In this document: positions 12,501-25,388 of the stretch, piece after piece
How positions within the stretch are numbered: position 1 is the stretch's first letter
Layout: each line of letters opens with the position of its first letter
Assembly (NCBI GenBank): GCA_043228905.1
Contig: JBHGNT010000016.1
Location: 1,736,001-1,800,000, forward strand
Reading direction: 5' to 3'
DNA: 64,000 bases
Origin: Azolla caroliniana
Taxonomy: Eukaryota > Plantae > Polypodiophyta
The notes under the pieces: model-generated
Seen by the model: the letters and a program-made list of their open reading frames with translations, nothing else
Databases searched by the model: none
What the model was told of the DNA's origin: nothing
Position numbers and translations under genes: made by a program

Positions 12501-14741
12501 CCTCCATTGTCTGTCCGGATGGCATTCAACTTTTGTCCGGACTCTCTCTCCGCTCTTGCCTAGAATTCTTTGAAGACGGACAACACCTAGTCCTTTGTCT
12601 TTAGTGTGGAGACCCATGGTTTCCGACTGTAGTCATCTATGAAGGTCACAAAATATTGTGCACTAGCATGTGACTTTGCATCCACTTGGCATAAGTCTGC
12701 ATGCACAAGTTCCAAATCGCTCTTTCTTCTCATCGAGAGGTCTAGGGCAAAAGGAGGCCCTATTATGTTTTCCGGCCAATCAATTAGGGCATTTGTCCAA
12801 ATGCACTTTCCTCATCTCCGACAGGAGTTCTTTTTTTGCTAGCATTTGCATTCCTTTCTGGCTCATGTGACACAACCTCTTATGCCACAACTCTCCGATT
12901 GTGTCGGCTGCCGCATTTACTTGGTCCTTGTTCAGTTGTGCATGCAACACATATAACATACTTTGCTTTTGGGCACAGACCACAATTAAGCTTCCCTTGC
13001 AGAATTTCCAAGTGTTGTTCTAGAAGGTACCACTGTAGCCTTTGTCATCGAGCCGTCCAGTTGATATCAGATTCAATCTTATGTCCAGAACATGGCAAAC
13101 AACTTTGAGCACCATTTTGCAGTCTATCGATGTCAGCAAATGTACATCTATTATCCCGATTATTTTGCATGTGGCGTCATTTCCCATCTTCACATATCCA
13201 TGATCTCCTGTCTTGTATTATGAGAAGCATCCTCTATTTGGGGTCAAGTGAAATGATGCACCGGAATCGACCACCCATGTCGATTCTTCGCCGACAAGGT
13301 TGACTTCATTTTTTTCACTAATGAACAACAACTCCTCTTCACTCGCAGCGATTGTTGAAGTGTTCTTTCTGTCCGGGATTTACTTCGGTTCTACACCATC
13401 AACTCCCCCGTTATCCTTCTAATAGTGTTGGAAATTTTTCTGGAAGTGCTCGGCTTCCCACAATAGAAGCACGTGAGCCTCCCCCTTGACTTCAACCTTC
13501 TCCCTGACTTCTCTTGGTTCTGGGGACTTCTATTCTTGCCTCTTTCCCGATTTGTGTCACCTTCCATGACTCAAGCCTTCGGGTCGGATATTGCCTCTCT
13601 ATACTTCCGACGAGCTTCCTCATTCAGCAGGCTCAACTTCACCTTCTCTAGGGATAAGGGCTTCCCTTCCGGTCTGGTGTTGCCTAAGATGACAACTAGC
13701 ATCTCCTAGTTGTCCGGAAAGGATCCTAGCAGCAATAATGCTAATATCTCATCGGCTAGAGATACTTCCAGGGAGGTGGTTTGGTTGATCAATCCCAGGA
13801 AGGCATTTAGGTGCTCCACCATGTTGGAGCCATCCTTATACTGGAGTCTCACGATCTTCCTGAAAACTGAGACTCTATTCACGACATTTTTATTTTCGAA
13901 TGTAATACCAATCTTCTCCTAGAGAACATCTGCTTTGTTCTCTTCATTAAAGTTGTTGTATAGATTCATGTCTATAAAACATCTTATGTACGTTGCGGCC
14001 TTCAAATGCATGACTTCCCAAGTTGATGCATCGATCTTGTCGGGCTTGGTATTCTCATATTGCACCGACAACCAAAGAGCTTTCCATACCAACATGTCTC
14101 TGATCTTCAACTCCTACACTGAGTAGTTGGAGCTAGTTAGCTTGAACATTCCCCTGATTGTGTCTTCCATTTTCTTTCTCTTGAGGGTAATGAACCTTCG
14201 CTCTGATACCACTTTGATGTAAAATGGGGTCTCGGCCACAACCGAGATTTAAGTACAAATGGGAGAAAACAAAAAATCAGAAAATGATTCACTTACACGG
14301 AGACATGGGATGTTAGCGTGGAAAACCCCAAACGGGTAAAAAACCACGGGAGCCCACAGACTTCGAATAGTTCACTATGAGAGGCAATACAATGAGACTC
14401 ACAGGCAATGACCTCGAGCTCATCTTCTTCGCCTACGTGCGGTTACAACAAAGATGCTCTACGCTTCTCTCTCCCTCACAATTACAACGGTATGTAAAAC
14501 TCTAAGTTCTCACACACAGATATAAAAGTTTTGCCCTAGTTATCTTTATACCTATACAACTTAGGACTATTTACAAATATGGCCTAAATAGGCGTAACAC
14601 AAAACCTATTTACATATGTGGCCTTTTTCAGATGCCTATCTGAACTCAATCCGGATCTGGGTTTGGTCTTTCTTTTCCTTCGAATATGACTAATTTGGGT
14701 CGTGTTCTCCTTCCCATCCGGAGGGACATGTTTTCCCAACA
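9561..14741 (-). mobile_element. Full-length but degenerate Ty1/Copia LTR retrotransposon (Tnt1/Tork-like)
   Basis: LTRs at 9561-10098 and about 14213-14741. tRNA-Met PBS (GCTCTGATACCA on +, 14200-14211) and PPT complement at 10099-10110. Broken ORFs give gag, zinc knuckle, protease WVVDSGASFH, WHKRLCH, integrase HLRVFGC, RT LKKSLYGLKQAP / YVDD and RNase H CDNQSAI / RTKHI. Confidence 0.95.
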
Positions 14742-15886
14742 TGTGCCAGATAGGGTAATGTGGTAGATAGAATTGTTGAGTGTCTATGATTACATTATTG
14801 GTGTACATATTGGACTGTAAAGACACTTTACCTAACTAATGTGCTTCGGAGAGTAAATATGACATGATGCATTGCAATTGTTAGAAATTTTTTTGTATAG
14901 AGAAACATATCACCAATCTCAGAAGTCCATACACGTGTGAAAATTTGTATCAACATATAAAGCTTTATCAAATTGTCATACTTTTTGTTAATTTAGCTAT
15001 TTAAATTTCTTAAATTCTATATTGCCAAGAGTTTAGCATGGACCCACCCTCCTTATATGGGGATTTTTGTGCTACTTTTGATGGAAATAAGCATTTGACA
15101 TATTCATGTGGTATTCCCTAGTCTCTCAAAAGTTGCTTTGATCTCCATCTAGCAAAAGGCCAATAACTACATTTAAAATCTCATTGTCAAGTTAGAAAGA
15201 CAAACAAATTGAAGAGCACATCTTGTGAGCAAGCATCCATGATAATGCAATCTCTACAATGTTTAAATGAAGAAGGATGAAACACATTTCATATGATTTT
15301 CATACATCAAAGACAATCACTAAAGTAATTGGATTTCCCACAAATGTGCTCTACTATTTCATAATGAACATGAAGTGTGTCTAAAGATGGCATTTAAATG
15401 AACAATAGTATATTATCCAAACTTATGTTTGATTGGATATCAACTTATCTAAGTGAATTGCCATTTGAGCAGTCAATTAGGTTGTGTTACGAGGGGAGAT
15501 ATCTTGCTAACTTAACTATTTCTTAGAGCTTTAAGTGTAACCTTTCACATTCATATGGAGGATCCATATTTATGGATTAATCTAAGACCACCAACTCCAC
15601 CGACTCTTATATTCACATGTTTTGCATTTTTATGTCAATTCAATCATGGAAAATAACTTATTTCATTACGTCTTTATGTCCTTGTCATAGCCAAAAAGCA
15701 CTTTAGTTTTATGTGGTTCTTCTTGAGACAAAATTTATATTTATTGTAGTTTTGCCCAATTCCACTTGCCTTTAACTCCCTCAATGCTTTCTTTTGTATG
15801 TAGAGTGATGTCTAGTCCTCTCACCCATCATATATGTATCCATAGAAGACCATCATATATTCATAGAAGAATGAATGCTCATTGGG

Positions 15887-16032
15887 ATATGCAACATATA
15901 ACACTTCATTTTAGCATATTCTAAAAATTCTAGATAAAATCTTCACATACATTGGCTCACTAACATATGCAACATATAACACTTCATTTTAGCATATTCT
16001 GGAGTTTCTCGATAAAAACTTCACATACATTG
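15887..16032. repeat. ~79-bp tandem duplication
   Basis: ATATGCAACATATAACACTTCATTTTAGCATATTCT...TTCACATACATTG occurs twice. Confidence 0.8.
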
Positions 16033-16099
16033 TAATGCTCATTGTGTCACCAAGCTTGAAACTAAAACATGATATATACTTTTGGTGGTAAATCGGCAA

Positions 16100-16765
16100 G
16101 GTTTATGAAACTAATTCCATTATAAGGCACAAAGCCACAAAATGATTACAATCGCAGCCAATTAGGCCGGACCCAAGCACAACTAGAAGAAACAATAATG
16201 ACTAAACATAGAGAGAAGGAAACCCTAAACCTTCTTAACTACTACGGTAACCACGATGACCAAAGGAAAACCCTAAAACGAAATATGGATAAGATGAAGA
16301 AGAAATACCCTAACGGTCTACCTCTAACGACAAAATCGCAACCCTCTGAATGGTGCCTCCTCACCCCTTTTTATAGTGGAAAAGGGTAAGCTTATTACAA
16401 AAGAGAGGCCAAATATTCTACTCTTTTTCAAAGAGGAATATTTGCCTTGATTTTAGGAGGAGGGATTGATGGGGCCTTAACTCCCTCTCCTCTCATTTTC
16501 ACACACACACACACCACCATGCCTACAACTTATTATACCCTTCCATGCACTCCTCTTTTCTACGTGTGCACATGCACCTACGTGCACATCACATTTACAC
16601 ATCATGAACTTTTGTGGTGTACTTTAGCACCTAACATTTCCCCTTTCCTTTTACATTTGTTTTCTTATTCTCATTTACAATTACTAAGTGCATGTGCAAT
16701 GTTGCACATCCCCGTTTTATTTGTCCCACTTGATTTTCTCACCATAGTCGAAAATCCTCACAACA
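16100..16765 (-). mobile_element. LTR fragment, same family as 8581-9317 (left boundary approximate)
   Basis: Shares AAGTGCATGTGCAATGTTGCACATCCCC..TTTATTTGTCCC...TTTTCTCACC...CACAACA and the TTTTATAG...GGGTAAGC..ATTACAA block with the first copy. Confidence 0.7.
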
Positions 16766-17370
16766 ACGTGGTCCCTATTGGAGAATGGATAGGTAAACAA
16801 GGAGGTTGAATAGCTTGCCCGCTCTATCTTGCACCTATCAAGACTTGGAGACATTGTTTGTGGGATTGGCCTCAAGCTTAGAGGGTATGGGATAGATTGA
16901 CTCGCCTCCTAGTTGCCTAGGAAGTGGAAGGGACAACATCGTGGAACATAGTGGCCTGGATCAATCCCTTGGCTGATAGTTGAACGAACGCCTTCAACAT
17001 AGGCAACTGGTGCTATGAATGCACAAGAGGTAAACTCGTGAAGACCCGATTTGACAAAGCCTTGAAGACCACATCCCCTCGTTTCGGGGAGATTGCAATG
17101 TTTATCGTAGGCTTCACCCTTTGGTATGTGTGGAAAAGCATGTTGCCTAAAGGTCTTCCAAGATTTGGTACTCCCCCGAAGGAATTGATTATGAATAATT
17201 GGTTCGTGATTATCAGCTGCCTATGAGGGGCAGTTGGACGAGGTTTGTGCCCACTCATATGGTCATTGCTTGTTTACGCTTTTGGAAATAATGGAGGAAC
17301 ACACCGATGGTGACGCAAGGAGGAAACGACCCGAGGTGGATTGGGCTCCCATTGGCCAACGATGAATGTC
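16766..17370 (+). mobile_element. Degenerate L1-type LINE 3' end (zf-RVT region)
   Basis: Broken frames give VPIGEW, TWRHCLWDWPQA*RVW and GFTLWYVWKS, matching the H-L-W-x-C-P-x-A-x-x-V-W and LWxIWK motifs of plant L1 ORF2 C-termini. Confidence 0.6.
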
Positions 17371-20300
17371 ACTAGTTTATAGCTCTAGGTACCTACTTAC
17401 ATTAAGTAGAAAGTATGGAAGGATATGTGCATAGTATCATATTCTTGAACTTGGCCAGGGGTGATCCTTGATTTATGTGTATAGTTTTTCTATAAAAATC
17501 TCTCCTAACTAATGGGAAAGTAACCCCTTTTGGAAAAAAAAACATGATATATACTTTAGGAAGGCATGAATTATGTTCACAAAGGCATGATAAATCTTGT
17601 CTTAAACTTCATTTTACATCGATTGTATTGGTTTATCGATATTTTCATATTTTCATCTCTCCCCATTATAAACATATACATGTTTAGAAACGTCCAGTCA
17701 TGATGGAATCATATATGTCTAAGAATATGTCTTGTTGGGCCTATACAATCATTAAAGTAAGATCTTCTATACATTATATTTTTGCACCTTTTTTATGTGC
17801 CACTTTCTTATCCATATTATACATGTCTAGGTATTTCAATAGAGATCCATAACTTTTAGCTTGTTATTACGTTGGCCCATAAAAGTTGCGTTGGGATGTT
17901 CATGTGCGGCGTAAATGTCAAACAACATGCATTTCATTATGTGATGAGCAAAAATTCCCATGATATTGTTATAATAATGCATGAAGTTTCCAATGTTCAA
18001 TCTAAAGTTGCCTTTGCAAGATGTTTTTCTAGCCATTCAGTAATTATCGTATGGACATGCATAAATTGTTATTGAAATAATAAGATGTCCTTATTATTTC
18101 AATTTATAAAATGTCATCATCTTTAGTACCATAGTATATGACATATAATGTTCCAAAGGGATTCGAGGTTTTAGGTGTATGGTAAATATCACATTCCTAA
18201 GAATGAAGAATTGAAATTGTTGCTATTGTGGCGAATTGTCCACATTCATTGATTTATATAGGAAAAGTAGCGTCTCTTAAGAAAGGTTGGGAGTGGAGAT
18301 TGAAGGCTACACGTGGAATTTGATTTCAACATCAAACATTTGACCAAGTCCCCAACCATTGTAAAACCCAAGGTTATGACCTTGATGGACCCCAAACTAA
18401 TATATGACATTTCCATGAATTTTCATTGACATAAGCTTTTTAAAACAATAGCCATTGAGGCCAAATATATAATGCTCTTCTGACTGGTCAAAATTTGAAA
18501 GGGTGGGACAGAAATGTTTGTCAATGTGTCAATGATTACTAGCAAGAGGTTTATTGTTTTTCTACATACAAATGAGGTAAAGCAAAAGAATGAATTTGAC
18601 CCAAAAACCATGGGTAGAACCGTAGAAGCATGCACAAATTACTTTTAATGGAGTTTCGACATTGACAAGCTACACATTTTGACATTTTAGTGTACCTAGG
18701 CTAGTAGCCTTGATCATAGCAAATGGTAGTTCATGAATTTCTTACTTCTTTCGATGATTAAGAGAGTGGAGAGTCAAGAATCAAGCTTTTCATACTTTGT
18801 TCCATATTTAGACCCGGCTAACAATATAATTATTCCTTCTAGAATGCATTGAACATTTACTAATTATTAATAGAGGACACACTATAGCATGGGGGAACCG
18901 TCAAAATGACATTCTATAAGAGTTTTTCTTTGCAAGTGACCATTTGCAAACCTTGTGCCGTATATAAGACATAAAAAATACTCTATTTGAATACGTAGAC
19001 CATTTTAACTTCTAGAACTTAATATTTGCATTTTCATGGGATTATGAGACTATTATGTCTAAATGTAGATAGTTTGAAAATGTCTTGAAAGTAATTTTGT
19101 AGTGAGTTTACTTCTTGACAAATTTAATTAAGAAGTACCTTGAAAATATTGTCAGATCATGTTCTGTACAACCATTGGTAGGGAAATTGATTTTAAATGT
19201 ATTTAGTCAAGAAATATGTTGGAGATATCATTGAATCATGTTGTGCACAATAATTTGAATGTAATTTGGCATACAATTTGCATGAACGAAATCATTTGTC
19301 CTTCATAAGTTCCTCCCCCTAAAGTTTTTGTGGATCTTAGGAGCACATTGGATGGATGGGTCATTGGCATTTTTCCAACTCGATTCATTTGTTACTTATG
19401 TACAAGAAGACGATTTGCCCTAAGAGAGATGGTTAGAGAGAGATGATTCAATATTTTTCTATGGTTTATGTTATCACAAACATGTTTATAGCTTGGTGAA
19501 ATACATGAAACACAATCCTTCTAATAAGAATATATATATATATATATATATTATATGTGTGTGTGTGTTTATTAGATTAATTAATAAAGTCTATTATCCC
19601 GCAAAGATTAAGAAAGTAATAGAATTAAACTCCCATGAATACAAACTAAGTATTAAGTGTGCTACATCTAAGTAAAAGGATATTATCCTAGATTTTAACA
19701 AAATAATAGACGTGAACACCTAGATTGTTGTTGGCTCATTGTTTTGAGAACCCTAGTTTGAAATGTTATGGTAAAGCCTAAATTTGAGGAAGAAAAAACG
19801 GGCCTATTTCTTTATATTATTGAACGTTTTCATAAAAATAATAACGAGTTGTTTTTACTGCTAATTCATCTTCGTAATACACTAATACATTCATATACAC
19901 AACAAATGCACCAAGTTGTCTTATGTATGCAATGTGTAAAGTTCATGGTTAACAATGCAAAAATATATGTATACCGAAGAAAAAGTTGATACAAAAGGCT
20001 AGAGGTTCCCTTTCGAGGAAAAAGTTCATTATTTACATGAAATGGAATATACTCCAAGAGAATACGAGCATCAAAGGAGGTTTCTTACAAAGAATGGGTT
20101 GAAGAATAGAATATCCTGCAAGCCTTGAGGACAAATACATCAAGATCATGAAATATCTATTTGGTACGACTCGACCATGTTCACCTTTTTTTAAACTCGA
20201 CCATTGAAGTGAAGCTTCATCTATACTTTCCAAGCCTTAATCATTATAAAGTTCATTTAAAAAGAAAGAATCCAGCTATCTCCAATTATTTTACAATGCA

Positions 20301-21799
20301 TAGCCAGCAAAGAGACGATGTTTCTTTCTTTTCCTTTTTGTGTGTTATTAGGAGGGCTCATATGCTGCACCCCTCAAGTGAAAATACTTTTCATATTTTT
20401 GGCCAAAAGATGAGGGGCGTGAAAATATATATCCTTGTCATGATTATGTCGAGGCTAGTCTTGTCATTTAGAATTGCTCGTTTAGCAATCTTAAAATCTA
20501 GATAGCAACCTCTCTCAAAGCATGCATATGTAATTAAAGTAGCTATAAAATGCCATTAGTCATGTGATGCTAGTTGTAAATGTTTATATCCTTCGTCCCA
20601 GTTCCAACATTACCTTTTTTTAATGTTGTAATTATGATTTTATCGATCACATTATATTACAATGAGTTGTTTCATTTAGCTACCCATGTGCTTCTCACCT
20701 TTTTCATATACATTAAAAAAGTGCATTTTTTAAAATTTCCTACGCACGATGCATGGATTACTAATAAATATATGATGGAATGCCAAACTTTATGTGGTTG
20801 ATCAATGTGGCATACAAAAACAAGTTAAACAAGACAACCTTTTTTTTTAAAAGTAAATGGCTATAGCGAGAACGAAGGTAATGATGATGTATTATCAAAG
20901 AAATAAGGATTTGATTAAATAAGAGGAGGAGACCAAACACTTGTCGTGCTCTCTTGGGAGCGGGGGTTGAACCAACTGAACGATGGTTCAAATGCATTGT
21001 TGGTGTTTTATTGACATCACTCTTACCATTAAAGAGTATCGAGAGACGACGACAAGAGATTTATAAATAAGTCTCTCAAAATTTCAAAATGTTGACGTTT
21101 TTCTTCTTGATTGTTGAAATGGAACTCTTGATGGGGTAAGGGGGGAGGAGGGAGGAGGGCGATTGATGAACCACATCTGAAGGTATTATTGCCTTAATGT
21201 AGCTACTATGGGTGGGTTGAGAGAAATGAGAAAAGGACATCTAGTCGAGATCTATATGACCTTTTTCATTTTTCTATCGATTCCATGGTAAGACTTGGGC
21301 AAACGAAGTAGTGCAAGAGGAATGGGGAGGGGGAGCCCACAATTAAAGAAATGGGTTGTAGTCTTCTTGGCGCGCTGTTGCTCGCGAGATTGCGATTGAA
21401 GTCTCGGAACAAGAGCCCTCTTTGAAAGCTCCCCTCCCTACAAAGTCCCATTCGCATTATAACCATTGGTTGGCCAAATGTCGAGACCAATAAGGTCATA
21501 CAATGGTTTCAAACACGGCCCTAGGCTCCCCCCATCCCTTCCCTCCCCGAGTGACTCTTCAAATGATCTGATCTAGAGATAAAAGGATCGACCAATATGT
21601 AAGATTGTTTTTAGTGAATGGTGTTTTGGGAAGGGGTGTTTGTTAGCTAATTAGGGGAGGTTGCTCAAGGGTCAAGACTTTTGGTGACTTATATGTCCCT
21701 CCTCCCCTCCAAATCAAAGTCAAAAGAAAGATTATAGAAAGAAGAGAAAACAAAGAAGGGTAAAAAAACAAAAACAAAATGAATGAATTGGTCAATCAA

Positions 21800-21940
21800 T
21801 AGTGTGTATGTATGTATATATATCATATATGTGTGTATATATATGTGTATGTATATATGTATGTATATACATACATACATACATACATACATATATGTAT
21901 GTATATGAATAGTGTGTATTATGTATATATATACATACAC
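21800..21940. repeat. (TA)/(TG)/(TACA) microsatellite
   Basis: Directly visible simple repeats. Confidence 0.9.
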
Positions 21941-22266
21941 ATTAAGGAAGGTAATTAGCATCCTATTCATACTATTAGGCATTTTTAATATCTTGTTGAG
22001 ATCCAATTTGTGCACCCTGCAAGGCTTCTAAATCATAAACGAGGATCTAATTTTGTCTTCTCTATATTCTTGGTGATTAGGCTGCTAGAATATAATTAGT
22101 AGCATCATATTCTGATCTATGCTTTGCACATTAAGGAAGGTAATTAGCATCAATACTCAGACTATTAATGCATTTTTAATATCATATTGACATCCAATTT
22201 GTGCACCTGCAAGGCTGCTAGATCATAAATCAGGATCTAATTTGTGTCTTCTCTATATTCTAGGTG
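21938..22266. repeat. Tandem duplication, ~190-bp period
   Basis: CACATTAAGGAAGGTAATTAGCATC...CCAATTTGTGCACC...TCTTCTCTATATTCT occurs at about 21938 and 22127. Confidence 0.85.
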
Positions 22267-23062
22267 TTTAAGCTCAAGAACAATGTGTGTGATTTATCTG
22301 TCATAATGGAATCTTCTCTGTCGTCGAATCATCCGTTGATTATCACTTGATCAACGATAATCACAGGTTCGTAACTCCTAATCATCTGTTGGTCATTCAT
22401 CTTCAAACTTGGGCGTCATTAAGTTTTACTCATGGGTGTCATTAAGCTTTAACCATATTGGGTGTCTTTAATCCTACTCATCGGGCGCATCATTCGCCTC
22501 AATCATGTGTCATTAAGCTTAATGTTGGGTCACTAAGCTATAATTATAGGCCATTAACGTTAATTAATGTGGGTCATTGAAGTAAATCGTGTCATTGACT
22601 GTTATATTTGATGGGCGATTCATCTGGAGATCAATGCCGACGATTGATACATACCATCTGCTGATCAAATGCATTGTGAAGCTACATAATTAGCTTAACA
22701 GTGAACCACTAATCTTATAAAACACCGATCAAACATTGTGTCAAAGAATGATAAGCTTCTCAAGTTCAGCTATGTAAAATCGTTTCAAGAGTTTTTTAAT
22801 TGACCCGACACACAGAATTAACCTTAGTTATTAAGCAGTTGATTAAATGTGGGAATGGTTTCTATATTGATTTCAAATCAACTATCTAATTATTGCAGAA
22901 CCGAGAATTGATTTGGGCGCAGGGGAATTCCATGAAATTGCAATGAAATTCATATGATCTGCGATTGCCCGGGCATCATACATCTGCAAGAGATCAAGAG
23001 GAGATCTGATCGGGAAAATCATAATAATCATCGTCATTCAACTCAACAGAGCCAAAAAGCTT

Positions 23063-24490
23063 ATGATGATGAAGCAGAGCACGGGATCAGCGAGCGATCT
23101 GCTGGTGAGTAATAACGTGATGATGATGAGGCGGAGGCGGATACAGAAGCTGTGTTACGATGTGCGGATCAGCCTGGTGGGTGGGATACTCACCATGTTA
23201 TTCCTGCGGAGCTGCCTGAGTGGGGGTGAGATGGCCAGTCCATTGGATGATCTGCGCCAGCTCCAGCGTGGCCGCAGAATCCTCTTCAATGCCATATTGA
23301 TCAATAACATGTCTTCTGTCTCATCAGATCATCGATATAATCATCATCATCATCTCCCTGCCCACCACAGAAATGCAGATCAGGACCCCCCAATTATCCG
23401 CACTTCGCAACTGGAGTCTTCAATCGCTCATCACTCCATCATTTCCAAAGATTCACTAATTAAGCCCCAAATTCAGCTTCTTCTCACACCTCTTAGTAAT
23501 CCAACATTACCACAAGCTTGCCGCTCCTCGAGCTCTGATGAGCTCCAGCCGTATCGCAACTTCGCTCTCAGATCGATCCAGAACACGATGGAGTATTGCC
23601 GCTTGCACGGGATCGAGATGCATTATAATTATATTAAGAACAAGAAAATGCATCCGAATCCATACAATGATGATCGGAAAGATGGGGGAATGAATGACTA
23701 CAATTATATCATGGCACAAAAATTGACAAGTATCCACAGAGCTGTGAAGCAAGCCATGAATATGTTGAAATCTGATGATTCAGCAGAAGATGAAGATATT
23801 AATAGATCTGATAATAGACTTTCCTCGGATCGGGGATTAGCTAGTGCTGATTGGATATGGTGGATAGATGGGGATGACAAAACTGTCATCTTCACCAATA
23901 TGTCCATGGAGCTTCAAGTATCAGAGAGATATGGTGATAATTACAACATGGTAGTTTTCTCAGATGATAGCCTGAATATAAGTAACAGTTATGGTAATGG
24001 TGAATCTGGTGATATTGATGAGCAACACTATTATAGAGGTGGTGCTTTGGTAACTAGCTTATTGATCAGGCCATGTCAATGGTCTCTGGATGTGCTTGAT
24101 CTATTAAGGAAGCGATTCATGACAACATCACCATCTTCTTCGTCGTCATGGCAACTCATGACTAAGCATGGATTAAATGCTATGGAAACATTCTTTCTGA
24201 GGAATGAATCCTCATCATGGGAGATTAGTAGCAAGATCTTCTTGGAATCAAGCTCAAATAGCTCACTTTATGGTGTGGTTAGGAATGGTCTCTATAGCCA
24301 AGTAGATATTGCCGAGAGATCTAATCAGCCCTTGTTCACCCATTTCAGATCTTGCCACCCACATTCTTTCTGCCTCCCTCATGATCAATCTATTCAGAAC
24401 CAATGTCCAATCCATTTGATAGAGAGGGCATTTAGCGTTTCTCAAGATCAAAACCAACCCAACACACTATCAGCAGATAAAGTAAGCTAG
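23063..24490 (+). CDS. Divergent GT34-family (XXT / galactomannan galactosyltransferase-like) type II membrane protein, single exon, 475 aa
   Basis: A basic run followed by a TM segment (RRRRIQK...ISLVGGILTMLFLRS). GT34 blocks appear in the correct order: LRSIQNTMEYCRLHGIEMHYN, WIWWIDGD..IFTNM, ERY..YNMV, LLIRPCQWSLDVLD, KIFLE, PLFTHFRSCHP and C...IERAF. Confidence 0.8.
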   Translation: MMMKQSTGSASDLLVSNNVMMMRRRRIQKLCYDVRISLVGGILTMLFLRSCLSGGEMASPLDDLRQLQRGRRILFNAILINNMSSVSSDHRYNHHHHLPAHHRNADQDPPIIRTSQLESSIAHHSIISKDSLIKPQIQLLLTPLSNPTLPQACRSSSSDELQPYRNFALRSIQNTMEYCRLHGIEMHYNYIKNKKMHPNPYNDDRKDGGMNDYNYIMAQKLTSIHRAVKQAMNMLKSDDSAEDEDINRSDNRLSSDRGLASADWIWWIDGDDKTVIFTNMSMELQVSERYGDNYNMVVFSDDSLNISNSYGNGESGDIDEQHYYRGGALVTSLLIRPCQWSLDVLDLLRKRFMTTSPSSSSSWQLMTKHGLNAMETFFLRNESSSWEISSKIFLESSSNSSLYGVVRNGLYSQVDIAERSNQPLFTHFRSCHPHSFCLPHDQSIQNQCPIHLIERAFSVSQDQNQPNTLSADKVS

Positions 24491-25388
24491 GGAATTACGC
24501 ATCAGAAACTATTTTCAAGTATAGTAATGTATATAAGAAATACAATTATATTCAATTCTTCATCATACATTGTCATGGTGCTAGTATTTTATATAACTAG
24601 ATACAAGTAGTGCTTCCATGTCTTCTTTATTATGACAATCTCCAGAAGAAAGTGCATTCGTATATGTATATACATACAAACAGATACCAATTTTTGAGGC
24701 CAAAAAAATCAACAAAGAGAGTTTTTGTAACTATATTGAGACAATAAACAGGCCTCATTCTTCTAGGCTGCATGTGTGATTGTAGTAATCCCACTCTCAG
24801 TGACTTCGCTGAAAACATTTGTTGGGATTTCTTTGTTAATAGTATCAGTAATGAATGGGCATATTCAAAATTGTGTTTCAAGTCTATGTCTTCATCTCTA
24901 TATTGTTGTCATAGAATACATGGACTATAATCATCTTTTGATAATGTCTACACTGGTGGTTGGAATTAAATCATTCCATGTTTGTCCCTATGAATATACA
25001 GTTGGTAAGTTTGCCCTAAGTTTCCATCTCCATTGTACATACTCTCTTTTTTTTTGAAATGAGAATCACTTGTTTGCTCCTATTTATGTGAACGAGATTT
25101 ATTTTGTATCCCTTGTTATACCATCTTGATGAACGCAAAAGCAAAGTCATATCAAAATCTCAAGAATATCCTCCTCCAGAACTACTTTAAAGGGCAAATG
25201 CTTTTTCATTTAACATTTATACCCCTCGACAATCTTTTGTATTCTCATGATATATATATATATATACAGCTCAGAGTTACAATCCTGAAAACGGGTTACG
25301 GATAAAGCCAATAAAAAAATCAAATAATATTCCCATATTGAATCTCTATTAACTGAATTTGCGAACGAAGACAAGCATATCTTTGATG

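Noticed and set aside
14750-21600. Long AT-rich stretches that look like old TE coding debris, including an FDGS word near 18900
   Set aside because: Apart from the LTR and LINE pieces listed, only isolated words match, which is insufficient to name an element.
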